The position numbers were made by a program, and so were the translations under genes. Below, piece after piece: positions 1 to 12,280 of a DNA stretch of 64,000 nt (within the stretch, counting starts at the first letter, position 1; each line of letters opens with the position of its first letter). Under the pieces are notes generated by a model. That model saw only the letters and a program-made list of their open reading frames with translations. It did no database searches and was not told the DNA's origin. The DNA is from Auanema rhodensis (Eukaryota; Animalia; Nematoda). The stretch spans positions 18,166,001 to 18,230,000 of the forward strand of contig OZ059899.1 in NCBI GenBank assembly GCA_964057225.1, given 5' to 3'.

Positions 1-176
1 CCATGATTTTGAAATTTACGTGAACTTTAATTTATGCTAATTAAACGTACACGTGGTGTGCACTCGGTATGTAACTCGCTTCACGTGAAAGATAAAGAGA
101 TGCGGTTTTCAAAATTAGATTCCCCATGTCCATATTAGTCTAAAAACAAATTTTTATTGATATTGGTGCATGGTAA
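1..176 (+). repeat. Representative 176-bp monomer (arbitrary phase)
   Basis: The next copy starts at 177. It is 33.5% GC, has 7 CpGs all within pos 19-104, a GC-richer core at pos 46-87, and A/T tracts elsewhere. Confidence 0.99.
80..89. other. Perfect 10-bp palindrome TTCACGTGAA (E-box/G-box core CACGTG), present in nearly every monomer
   Basis: Seen directly in the sequence. Protein binding is not demonstrated. Confidence 0.9.
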
Positions 177-181
177 CCATG
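169..181. other. Interrupted palindrome CATGGT-A-ACCATG (contains BstEII site GGTNACC), recurring every 176 bp
   Basis: Seen directly: 6-bp arms around one central base. I noticed no variant within GGTAACC. Confidence 0.9.
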
Positions 182-1359
182 ACTTTGAAATTTACGTGAA
201 CTTTAATTTATGCTAATTAAACGTACACGTGGTGTGCACTCGGTATGTAACTCGCTTCACGTGAAAGATAAAGAGATGCGGTTTTCAAAATTAGATTCCC
301 CATGTCCATATTAGTCTAAAAACAAATTTTTTTTGATATTGGTGCATGGTAACCATGATTTTGAAATTTACGTGAACTTTAATTTATGCTAATTAAATGT
401 ACACGTGGTGTGCACTCGGTATGTAACTCGCTTCACGTGAAAGATAAAGAGATGCGGTTTTTAAAATTAGATTCCCCATGTCCATATTAGTCTAAAAACA
501 AAATTTTATTGATATTGGTGCATGGTAACCATGACTTTGAAATTTACGTGAACTTTAATTTATGCTACATAAATGTACACGTGATGTGCACTTGGTATGT
601 AACTCGCTTCACGTGAAAGATAAAAAGATGCGGTTTTTAAAATTAGATTCCCCATGTCCATATTAGTCTAAAAACAATTTTTTACTGATATTGGTGCATG
701 GTAACCATGACTTTGAAATTTACGTGAACTTTAATTTATGCTAATTAAACGTACACGTGGTGTGCACTCGGTATGTAACTCGCTTCACGTGTAAGATAAA
801 GAGATGCGGTTTTCAAAATTAGATTCCCCATGTCCATATTAGTCTAAAAACAAATTTTTATTGATATTGGTGCATGGTAACCATGATTTTGAAATTTACG
901 TGAACTTTAATTTATGCTGATTAAATGTACACGTGGTGTGCACTCGGTATGTAACTCGCTTCACGTGAAAGATAAAGAGATGCAGTTATCAAAATTAGAT
1001 TCCCCATGTCCATATTAGTCTAAAAACAAATTTTTATTGATATTGGTGCATGGTAACCATGACTTTGAAATTTACGTGAACTTTAATTTATGCTAATTAA
1101 ACGTACACGTGTTGTGCACTCGGTATGTAACTCGCTTCACATGGAAGATAAAAAGATGCGGTTTTCAAAATTAGATTCCCCATGTCCATATTAGTCTAAA
1201 AACAATTTTTTACTGATATTGGTGCATGGTAACCATGATTTTGAAATTTACGTGAACTTTAATTTATGCTAATTAAACGTACACGTGATGTGCACTTGGT
1301 ATGTAACTCGCTTCACGTGAAAGATAAAGAGATGCGGTTTTTAAAATTAGATTCCCCAT

Positions 1360-4300
1360 GTCCATATTAGTCTAAAAACAATTTTTTACTGATATTGGTG
1401 CATGGTAACCATGATTTTGAAATTTACGTGAACTTTAATTTATGCTAATTAAACGTACACGTGGTGTGCACTCGGTATGTAACTCGCTTCACGTGAAAGA
1501 TAAAGAGATGCGGTTTTCAAAATTAGATTCCCCATGTCCATATTAGTCTAAAAACAAATTTTTATTGATATTGGTGCATGGTAACCATGACTTTGAAATT
1601 TACGTGAACTTTAATTTATGCTAATTAAACGTACACGTGGTGTGCACTCGGTATGTAACTCGCTTCACGTGAAAGATAAAGAGATGCGGTTTTCAAAATT
1701 AGATTCCCCATGTCCATATTAGTCTAAAAACAAATTTTTATTGATATTGGTGCATGGTAACCATGACTTTGAAATTTACGTGAACTTTAATTTATGCTAA
1801 TTAAACGTACACGTGGTGTGCACTCGGTATGTAACTCGCTTCACGTGAAAGATAAAGAGATGCGGTTTTCAAAATTAGATTCCCCATGTCCATATTAGTC
1901 TAAAAACAAATTTTTTTTGATATTGGTGCATGGTAACCATGATTTTGAAATTTACGTGAACTTTAATTTATGCTAATTAAATGTACACGTGGTGTGCACT
2001 CGGTATGTAACTCGCTTCACGTGAAAGATAAAGAGATGCGGTTTTTAAAATTAGATTCCCCGTGTCCATATTAGTCTAAAAACAAATTTTTATTGATATT
2101 GGTGCATGGTAACCATGACTTTGAATTTTACGTGAACTTTAATTTATGCTAATTAAACGTACACGTGGTGTGCACTCGGTATGTAACTCGCTTCACGTGA
2201 AAGATAAAGAGATGCGGTTTTCAAAATTAGATTCCCCATGTCCATATTAGTCTAAAAACAAATTTTTATTGATATTGGTGCATGGTAACCATGACTTTGA
2301 AATTTACGTGAACTTTAATTTATGCTACATAAATGTACACGTGATGTGCACTTGGTATGTAACTCGCTTCACGTGAAAGATAAAAAGATGCGGTTTTTAA
2401 AATTAGATTCCCCATGTCCATATTAGTCTAAAAACAATTTTTTACTGATATTGGTGCATGGTAACCATGACTTTGAAATTTACGTGAACTTTTATTTATG
2501 CTAATTAAACGTACACGTGGTGTGCACTCGGTATGTAACTCGCTTCACGTGAAAGATAAAGAGATGCGGTTTTTAAAATTAGATTCCCCATGTCCATATT
2601 AGTCTAAAAACAATTTTTTACTGATATTGGTGCATGGTAACCATGATTTTGAAATTTACGTGAACTTTAATTTATGCTAATTAAACGTACACGTGGTGTG
2701 CACTCGGTATGTAACTCGCTTCACGTGAAAGATAAAGAGATGCGGTTTTCAAAATTAGATTCCCCATGTCCATATTAGTCTAAAAACAAATTTTTATTGA
2801 TATTGGTGCATGGTAACCATGACTTTGAAATTTACGTGAACTTTAATTTATGCTAATTAAATGTACACGTGGTGTGCACTCGGTATGTAACTCGCTTCAC
2901 GTGAAAGATAAAGAGATGCGGTTATCAAAATTAGATTTCCCATGTCCATATTAGTCTAAAAACAATTTTTTACTGATATTGGTGCATGGTAACCATGACT
3001 TTGAAATTTACGTGAACTTTTATTTATGCTAATTAAACGTACACGTGGTGTGCACTCGGTATGTAACTCGCTTCACGTGAAAGATAAAGAGATGCGGTTT
3101 TTAAAATTAGATTCCCCATGTCCATATTAGTCTAAAAACAATTTTTTACTGATATTGGTGCATGGTAACCATGATTTTGAAATTTACGTGAACTTTAATT
3201 TATGCTAATTAAACGTACACGTGGTGTGCACTCGGTATGTAACTCGCTTCACGTGAAAGATAAAGAGATGCGGTTTTCAAAATTAGATTCCCCATGTCCA
3301 TATTAGTCTAAAAACAAATTTTTATTGATATTGGTGCATGGTAACCATGACTTTGAAATTTACGTGAACTTTAATTTATGCTAATTAAATGTACACGTGG
3401 TGTGCACTCGGTATGTAACTCGCTTCACGTGAAAGATAAAGAGATGCGGTTTTAAAAATTAGATTTCCCATGTCCATATTAGTCTAAAAACAATTTTTTA
3501 CTGATATTGGTGCATGGTAACCATGACTTTGAAATTTACGTGAACTTTTATTTATGCTAATTAAACGTACACGTGGTGTGCACTCGGTATGTAACTCGCT
3601 TCACGTGAAAGATAAAGAGATGCGGTTTTTAAAATTAGATTCCCCTTGTCCATATTAGTCTAAAAACAATTTTTTACTGATATTGGTGCATGGTAACCAT
3701 GATTTTGAAATTTACGTGAACTTTAATTTATGCTAATTAAACGTACACGTGGTGTGCACTCGGTATGTAACTCGCTTCACGTGAAAGATAAAGAGATGCG
3801 GTTTTCAAAATTAGATTCCCCATGTCCATATTAGTCTAAAAACAAATTTTTATTGATATTGGTGCATGGTAACCATGACTTTGAAATTTACGTGAACTTT
3901 AATTTATGCTAATTAAACGTACACGTGGTGTGCACTCGGTATGTAACTCGCTTCACGTGAAAGATAAAGAGATGCGGTTTTCAAAATTAGATTCCCCATG
4001 TCCATATTAGTCTAAAAACAAATTTTTATTGATATTGGTGCATGGTAACCATGACTTTGAAATTTACGTGAACTTTAATTTATGCTAATTAAACGTACAC
4101 GTGGTGTGCACTCGGTATGTAACTCGCTTCACGTGAAAGATAAAGAGATGCGGTTTTCAAAATTAGATTCCCCATGTCCATATTAGTCTAAAAACAAATT
4201 TTTTTTGATATTGGTGCATGGTAACCATGATTTTGAAATTTACGTGAACTTTAATTTATGCTAATTAAATGTACACGTGGTGTGCACTCGGTATGTAACT

Positions 4301-6093
4301 CGCTTCACGTGAAAGATAAAGAGATGCGGTTTTTAAAATTAGATTCCCCGTGTCCATATTAGTCTAAAAACAAATTTTTATTGATATTGGTGCATGGTAA
4401 CCATGACTTTGAATTTTACGTGAACTTTAATTTATGCTAATTAAACGTACACGTGGTGTGCACTCGGTATGTAACTCGCTTCACGTGAAAGATAAAGAGA
4501 TGCGGTTTTCAAAATTAGATTCCCCATGTCCATATTAGTCTAAAAACAAATTTTTATTGATATTGGTGCATGGTAACCATGACTTTGAAATTTACGTGAA
4601 CTTTAATTTATGCTACATAAATGTACACGTGATGTGCACTTGGTATGTAACTCGCTTCACGTGAAAGATAAAAAGATGCGGTTTTTAAAATTAGATTCCC
4701 CATGTCCATATTAGTCTAAAAACAATTTTTTACTGATATTGGTGCATGGTAACCATGACTTTGAAATTTACGTGAACTTTTATTTATGCTAATTAAACGT
4801 ACACGTGGTGTGCACTCGGTATGTAACTCGCTTCACGTGAAAGATAAAGAGATGCGGTTTTTAAAATTAGATTCCCCATGTCCATATTAGTCTAAAAACA
4901 ATTTTTTACTGATATTGGTGCATGGTAACCATGATTTTGAAATTTACGTGAACTTTAATTTATGCTAATTAAACGTACACGTGGTGTGCACTCGGTATGT
5001 AACTCGCTTCACGTGAAAGATAAAGAGATGCGGTTTTCAAAATTAGATTCCCCATGTCCATATTAGTCTAAAAACAAATTTTTATTGATATTGGTGCATG
5101 GTAACCATGACTTTGAAATTTACGTGAACTTTAATTTATGCTAATTAAATGTACACGTGGTGTGCACTCGGTATGTAACTCGCTTCACGTGAAAGATAAA
5201 GAGATGCGGTTATCAAAATTAGATTTCCCATGTCCATATTAGTCTAAAAACAATTTTTTACTGATATTGGTGCATGGTAACCATGACTTTGAAATTTACG
5301 TGAACTTTTATTTATGCTAATTAAACGTACACGTGGTGTGCACTCGGTATGTAACTCGCTTCACGTGAAAGATAAAGAGATGCGGTTTTTAAAATTAGAT
5401 TCCCCATGTCCATATTAGTCTAAAAACAATTTTTTACTGATATTGGTGCATGGTAACCATGATTTTGAAATTTACGTGAACTTTAATTTATGCTAATTAA
5501 ACGTACACGTGGTGTGCACTCGGTATGTAACTCGCTTCACGTGAAAGATAAAGAGATGCGGTTTTCAAAATTAGATTCCCCATGTCCATATTAGTCTAAA
5601 AACAAATTTTTATTGATATTGGTGCATGGTAACCATGACTTTGAAATTTACGTGAACTTTAATTTATGCTAATTAAATGTACACGTGGTGTGCACTCGGT
5701 ATGTAACTCGCTTCACGTGAAAGATAAAGAGATGCGGTTTTAAAAATTAGATTTCCCATGTCCATATTAGTCTAAAAACAATTTTTTACTGATATTGGTG
5801 CATGGTAACCATGACTTTGAAATTTACGTGAACTTTTATTTATGCTAATTAAACGTACACGTGGTGTGCACTCGGTATGTAACTCGCTTCACGTGAAAGA
5901 TAAAGAGATGCGGTTTTTAAAATTAGATTCCCCTTGTCCATATTAGTCTAAAAACAATTTTTTACTGATATTGGTGCATGGTAACCATGATTTTGAAATT
6001 TACGTGAACTTTAATTTATGCTAATTAAACGTACACGTGGTGTGCACTCGGTATGTAACTCGCTTCACGTGAAAGATAAAGAGATGCGGTTTT
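1360..6093 (+). repeat. Local tandem duplication, period 13 monomers (2288 bp)
   Basis: Rare variants recur 2288 bp apart: T8 run at 1911/4199, CCCGTGTCC at 2061/4349, the CTACAT monomer at 2289/4577, and CCCTTG at ~3645/5933. Confidence 0.88.
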
Positions 6094-9000
6094 TAAAATT
6101 AGATTCCCCATGTCCATATTAGTCTAAAAATAATTTTTTACTGATATTGGTGCATGGTAACCATGACTTTGAAATTTACGTGAACTTTTATTTATGCTAA
6201 TTAAACGTACACGTGGTGTGCACTCGGTATGTAACTCGCTTCACGTGAAAGATAAAGAGATGCGGTTTTCAAAATTAGATTCCCCATGTCCATATTAGTC
6301 TAAAAACAAATTTTTATTGATATTGGTGCATGGTAACCATGACTTTGAAATTTACGTGAACTTTAATTTATGCTAATTAAATGTACACGTGGTGTGCACT
6401 CGGTATGTAACTCGCTTCACGTGAAAGATAAAGAGATGCGGTTATCAAAATTAGATTTCCCATGTCCATATTAGTCTAAAAACCAATTTTTATTGATATT
6501 GGTGCATGGTAACCATGACTTTGAATTTTACGTGAACTTTAATTTATGCTAATTAAATGTACACGTGATGTGCACTTGGTATGTAACTTGCTTCACGTGA
6601 AAGATAAAGAGATGCGGTTTTCAAAATTAGATTCCCCATGTCCATATTAGTCTTAAAACAAATTTTTATTGATATTGGTGCATGGTAACCATGACTTTGA
6701 AATTTACGTGAACTTTAATTTATGCTAATTAAATGTACACGTGGTGTGCACTCGGTATGTAACTCGCTTCACGTGAAAGATAAAGAGATGCGGTTTTTAA
6801 AATTAGATTCCCCATGTCCATATTAGTCTAAAAACAATTTTTTACTGACATTGGTGCATGGTAACCATGATTTTGAAATTTACGTGAACTTTAATTTATG
6901 CTAATTAAACGTACACGTGGTGTGCACTCGGTATGTAACTCGCTTCACGTGAAAGATAAAGAGATGCGGTTTTTAAAATTAGATTCCCCATGTCCATATT
7001 AGTCTAAAAATAATTTTTTACTGATATTGGTGCATGGTAACCATGATTTTGAAATTTACGTGAACTTTAATTTATGCTAATTAAACGTACACGTGGTGTG
7101 CACTCGGTATGTAACTCGCTTCACGTGAAAGATAAAGAGATGCGGTTTTCAAAATTAGATTCCCCATGTCCATATTAGTCTAAAAACAAATTTTTATTGA
7201 TATTGGTGCATGGTAACCATGACTTTGAAATTTACGTGAACTTTAATTTATGCTAATTAAATGTACACGTGGTGTGCACTCGGTATGTAACTCGCTTCAC
7301 GTGAAAGATAAAGAGATGCGGTTATCAAAATTAGATTTCCCATGTCCATATTAGTCTAAAAACCAATTTTTATTGATATTGGTGCATGGTAACCATGACT
7401 TTGAATTTTACGTGAACTTTAATTTATGCTAATTAAATGTACACGTGATGTGCACTTGGTATGTAACTTGCTTCACGTGAAAGATAAAGAGATGCGGTTT
7501 TCAAAATTAGATTCCCCATGTCCATATTAGTCTTAAAACAAATTTTTATTGATATTGGTGCATGGTAACCATGACTTTGAAATTTACGTGAACTTTAATT
7601 TATGCTAATTAAATGTACACGTGGTGTGCACTCGGTATGTAACTCGCTTCACGTGAAAGATAAAGAGATGCGGTTTTTAAAATTAGACTCCCCATGTCCA
7701 TATTAGTCTAAAAACAATTTTTTACTGATATTGGTGCATGGTAACCATGATTTTGAAATTTACGTGAACTTTAATTTATGCTAATTAAACGTACACGTGG
7801 TGTGCACTCGGTATGTAACTCGCTTCACGTGAAAGATAAAGAGATGCGGTTTTTAAAATTAGATTCCCCATGTCCATATTAGTCTAAAAACAATTTTTTA
7901 CTGATATTGGTGCATGGTAACCATGATTTTGAAATTTACGTGAACTTTAATTTATGCTAATTAAACGTACACGTGGTGTGCACTCGGTATGTAACTCGCT
8001 TCACGTGAAAGATAAAGAGATGCGGTTTTCAAAATTAGATTCCCCATGTCCATATTAGTCTAAAAACAAATTTTTATTGATATTGGTGCATGGTAACCAT
8101 GACTTTGAAATTTACGTGAACTTTAATTTATGCTAATTAAATGTACACGTGGTGTGCACTCGGTATGTAACTCGCTTCACGTGAAAGATAAAGCGATGCG
8201 GTTATCAAAATTAGATTTCCCATGTCCATATAAGTCTAAAAACAATTTTTTACTGATATTGGTGCGTGGTAACCATGACTTTGAAATTTTCGTGAACTTT
8301 TATTTATGCTAATTAAACGTACACGTGGTGTGCACTCGGTATGTAACTCGCTTCACGTGAAAGATAAAGAGATGCGGTTTTTAAAATTAGATTCCCCATG
8401 TCCATATTAGTCTAAAAACAATTTTTTACTGATATTGGTGCATGGTAACCATGATTTTGAAATTTACGTGAACTTTAATTTATGCTAATTAAACGTACAC
8501 GTGGTGTGCACTCGGTATGTAACTCGCTTCACGTGAAAGATAAAGAGATGCGGTTTTCAAAATTAGATTCCCCATGTCCATATTAGTCTAAAAACAAATT
8601 TTTATTGATATTGGTGCATGGTAACCATGACTTTGAAATTTACGTGAACTTTAATTTATGCTAATTAAATGTACACGTGGTGTGCACTCGGTATGTAACT
8701 CGCTTCACGTGAAAGATAAAGAGATGCGGTTATCAAAATTAGATTTCCCATGTCCATATTAGTCTAAAAACAATTTTTTACTGATATTGGTGCATGGTAA
8801 CCATGACTTTGAAATTTACGTGAACTTTTATTTATGCTAATTAAACGTACACGTGGTGTGCACTCGGTATGTAACTCGCTTCACGTGAAAGATAAAGAGA
8901 TGCGGTTTTTAAAATTAGATTCCCCATGTCCATATTAGTCTAAAAACAATTTTTTACTGATATTGGTGCATGGTAACCATGATTTTGAAATTTACGTGAA

Positions 9001-12000
9001 CTTTAATTTATGCTAATTAAACGTACACGTGGTGTGCACTCGGTATGTAACTCGCTTCACGTGAAAGATAAAGAGATGCGGTTTTCAAAATTAGATTCCC
9101 CATGTCCATATTAGTCTAAAAACAAATTTTTATTGATATTGGTGCATGGTAACCATGACTTTGAAATTTACGTGAACTTTAATTTATGCTAATTAAATGT
9201 ACACGTGGTGTGCACTCGGTATGTAACTCGCTTCACGTGAAAGATAAAGAGATGCGGTTTTAAAAATTAGATTTCCCATGTCCATATTAGTCTAAAAACA
9301 ATTTTTTACTGATATTGGTGCATGGTAACCATGACTTTGAAATTTACGTGAACTTTTATTTATGCTAATTAAACGTACACGTGGTGTGCACTCGGTATGT
9401 AACTCGCTTCACGTGAAAGATAAAGAGATGCGGTTTTTAAAATTAGATTCCCCTTGTCCATATTAGTCTAAAAACAATTTTTTACTGATATTGGTGCATG
9501 GTAACCATGATTTTGAAATTTACGTGAACTTTAATTTATGCTAATTAAACGTACACGTGGTGTGCACTCGGTATGTAACTCGCTTCACGTGAAAGATAAA
9601 GAGATGCGGTTTTTAAAATTAGATTCCCCATGTCCATATTAGTCTAAAAATAATTTTTTACTGATATTGGTGCATGGTAACCATGATTTTGAAATTTACG
9701 TGAACTTTAATTTATGCTAATTAAACGTACACGTGGTGTGCACTCGGTATGTAACTCGCTTCACGTGAAAGATAAAGAGATGCGGTTTTCAAAATTAGAT
9801 TCCCCATGTCCATATTAGTCTAAAAACAAATTTTTATTGATATTGGTGCATGGTAACCATGACTTTGAAATTTACGTGAACTTTAATTTATGCTAATTAA
9901 ATGTACACGTGGTGTGCACTCGGTATGTAACTCGCTTCACGTGAAAGATAAAGAGATGCGGTTATCAAAATTAGATTTCCCATGTCCATATTAGTCTAAA
10001 AACCAATTTTTATTGATATTGGTGCATGGTAACCATGACTTTGAATTTTACGTGAACTTTAATTTATGCTAATTAAATGTACACGTGATGTGCACTTGGT
10101 ATGTAACTTGCTTCACGTGAAAGATAAAGAGATGCGGTTTTCAAAATTAGATTCCCCATGTCCATATTAGTCTTAAAACAAATTTTTATTGATATTGGTG
10201 CATGGTAACCATGACTTTGAAATTTACGTGAACTTTAATTTATGCTAATTAAATGTACACGTGGTGTGCACTCGGTATGTAACTCGCTTCACGTGAAAGA
10301 TAAAGAGATGCGGTTTTTAAAATTAGATTCCCCATGTCCATATTAGTCTAAAAACAATTTTTTACTGATATTGGTGCATGGTAACCATGATTTTGAAATT
10401 TACGTGAACTTTAATTTATGCTAATTAAACGTACACGTGGTGTGCACTCGGTATGTAACTCGCTTCACGTGAAAGATAAAGAGATGCGGTTTTTAAAATT
10501 AGATTCCCCATGTCCATATTAGTCTAAAAATAATTTTTTACTGATATTGGTGCATGGTAACCATGATTTTGAAATTTACGTGAACTTTAATTTATGCTAA
10601 TTAAACGTACACGTGGTGTGCACTCGGTATGTAACTCGCTTCACGTGAAAGATAAAGAGATGCGGTTTTCAAAATTAGATTCCCCATGTCCATATTAGTC
10701 TAAAAACAAATTTTTATTGATATTGGTGCATGGTAACCATGACTTTGAAATTTACGTGAACTTTAATTTATGCTAATTAAATGTACACGTGGTGTGCACT
10801 CGGTATGTAACTCGCTTCACGTGAAAGATAAAGAGATGCGGTTATCAAAATTAGATTTCCCATGTCCATATTAGTCTAAAAACCAATTTTTATTGATATT
10901 GGTGCATGGTAACCATGACTTTGAATTTTACGTGAACTTTAATTTATGCTAATTAAATGTACACGTGATGTGCACTTGGTATGTAACTTGCTTCACGTGA
11001 AAGATAAAGAGATGCGGTTTTCAAAATTAGATTCCCCATGTCCATATTAGTCTTAAAACAAATTTTTATTGATATTGGTGCATGGTAACCATGACTTTGA
11101 AATTTACGTGAACTTTAATTTATGCTAATTAAATGTACACGTGGTGTGCACTCGGTATGTAACTCGCTTCACGTGAAAGATAAAGAGATGCGGTTTTTAA
11201 AATTAGACTCCCCATGTCCATATTAGTCTAAAAACAATTTTTTACTGATATTGGTGCATGGTAACCATGATTTTGAAATTTACGTGAACTTTAATTTATG
11301 CTAATTAAACGTACACGTGGTGTGCACTCGGTATGTAACTCGCTTCACGTGAAAGATAAAGAGATGCGGTTTTTAAAATTAGATTCCCCATGTCCATATT
11401 AGTCTAAAAACAATTTTTTACTGATATTGGTGCATGGTAACCATGATTTTGAAATTTACGTGAACTTTAATTTATGCTAATTAAACGTACACGTGGTGTG
11501 CACTCGGTATGTAACTCGCTTCACGTGAAAGATAAAGAGATGCGGTTTTCAAAATTAGATTCCCCATGTCCATATTAGTCTAAAAACAAATTTTTATTGA
11601 TATTGGTGCATGGTAACCATGACTTTGAAATTTACGTGAACTTTAATTTATGCTAATTAAATGTACACGTGGTGTGCACTCGGTATGTAACTCGCTTCAC
11701 GTGAAAGATAAAGCGATGCGGTTATCAAAATTAGATTTCCCATGTCCATATAAGTCTAAAAACAATTTTTTACTGATATTGGTGCGTGGTAACCATGACT
11801 TTGAAATTTTCGTGAACTTTTATTTATGCTAATTAAACGTACACGTGGTGTGCACTCGGTATGTAACTCGCTTCACGTGAAAGATAAAGAGATGCGGTTT
11901 TTAAAATTAGATTCCCCATGTCCATATTAGTCTAAAAACAATTTTTTACTGATATTGGTGCATGGTAACCATGATTTTGAAATTTACGTGAACTTTAATT

Positions 12001-12280
12001 TATGCTAATTAAACGTACACGTGGTGTGCACTCGGTATGTAACTCGCTTCACGTGAAAGATAAAGAGATGCGGTTTTCAAAATTAGATTCCCCATGTCCA
12101 TATTAGTCTAAAAACAAATTTTTATTGATATTGGTGCATGGTAACCATGACTTTGAAATTTACGTGAACTTTAATTTATGCTAATTAAATGTACACGTGG
12201 TGTGCACTCGGTATGTAACTCGCTTCACGTGAAAGATAAAGAGATGCGGTTATCAAAATTAGATTTCCCATGTCCATATT
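4775..12280 (+). repeat. Local tandem duplication, period 20 monomers (3520 bp), containing nested 5-mer and 3-mer repeats
   Basis: Identical ORFs at 8130/11650. CCCTTG at ~5933/9453, AGACTC at ~7688/11208 and AACCAATT at 6481/10001 all recur 3520 bp apart. Confidence 0.9.
5985..7744 (+). repeat. 5-monomer (880 bp) tandem duplication; second instance at 9505-11264
   Basis: The AAAAATAATT variant is at 6131/7011 and 9651/10531. AACCAATT is at 6481/7361 and 10001/10881. Confidence 0.85.

Noticed and set aside
62-79. CENP-B box-like motif (ACTCGG...ACTCGC)
   Set aside because: It does not match TTCG-N4-A-N2-CGGG. The two CpGs are 12 bp apart rather than 9 and there is no CGGG.
1-176. Assignment to known ~176-bp satellites (Brassica CentBr, Arabidopsis CEN178, honey bee AluI, alpha satellite)
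   Set aside because: Only the length is similar. I recognise no sequence similarity, and the monomer lacks AAGCTT/AGCT sites. A database search is needed.
8130-8312. 60-aa ORF MLIKCTRG...
   Set aside because: It lies entirely in satellite. Most monomers carry the same ATG (pos 34) with a TAG at pos 136-138, giving 34 codons, and here a T>A removes that stop. It has no recognisable domain or gene context.
11650-11832. Second identical 60-aa ORF
   Set aside because: It is a copy produced by the 20-monomer (3520 bp) duplication, so its identity reflects recency rather than coding constraint.
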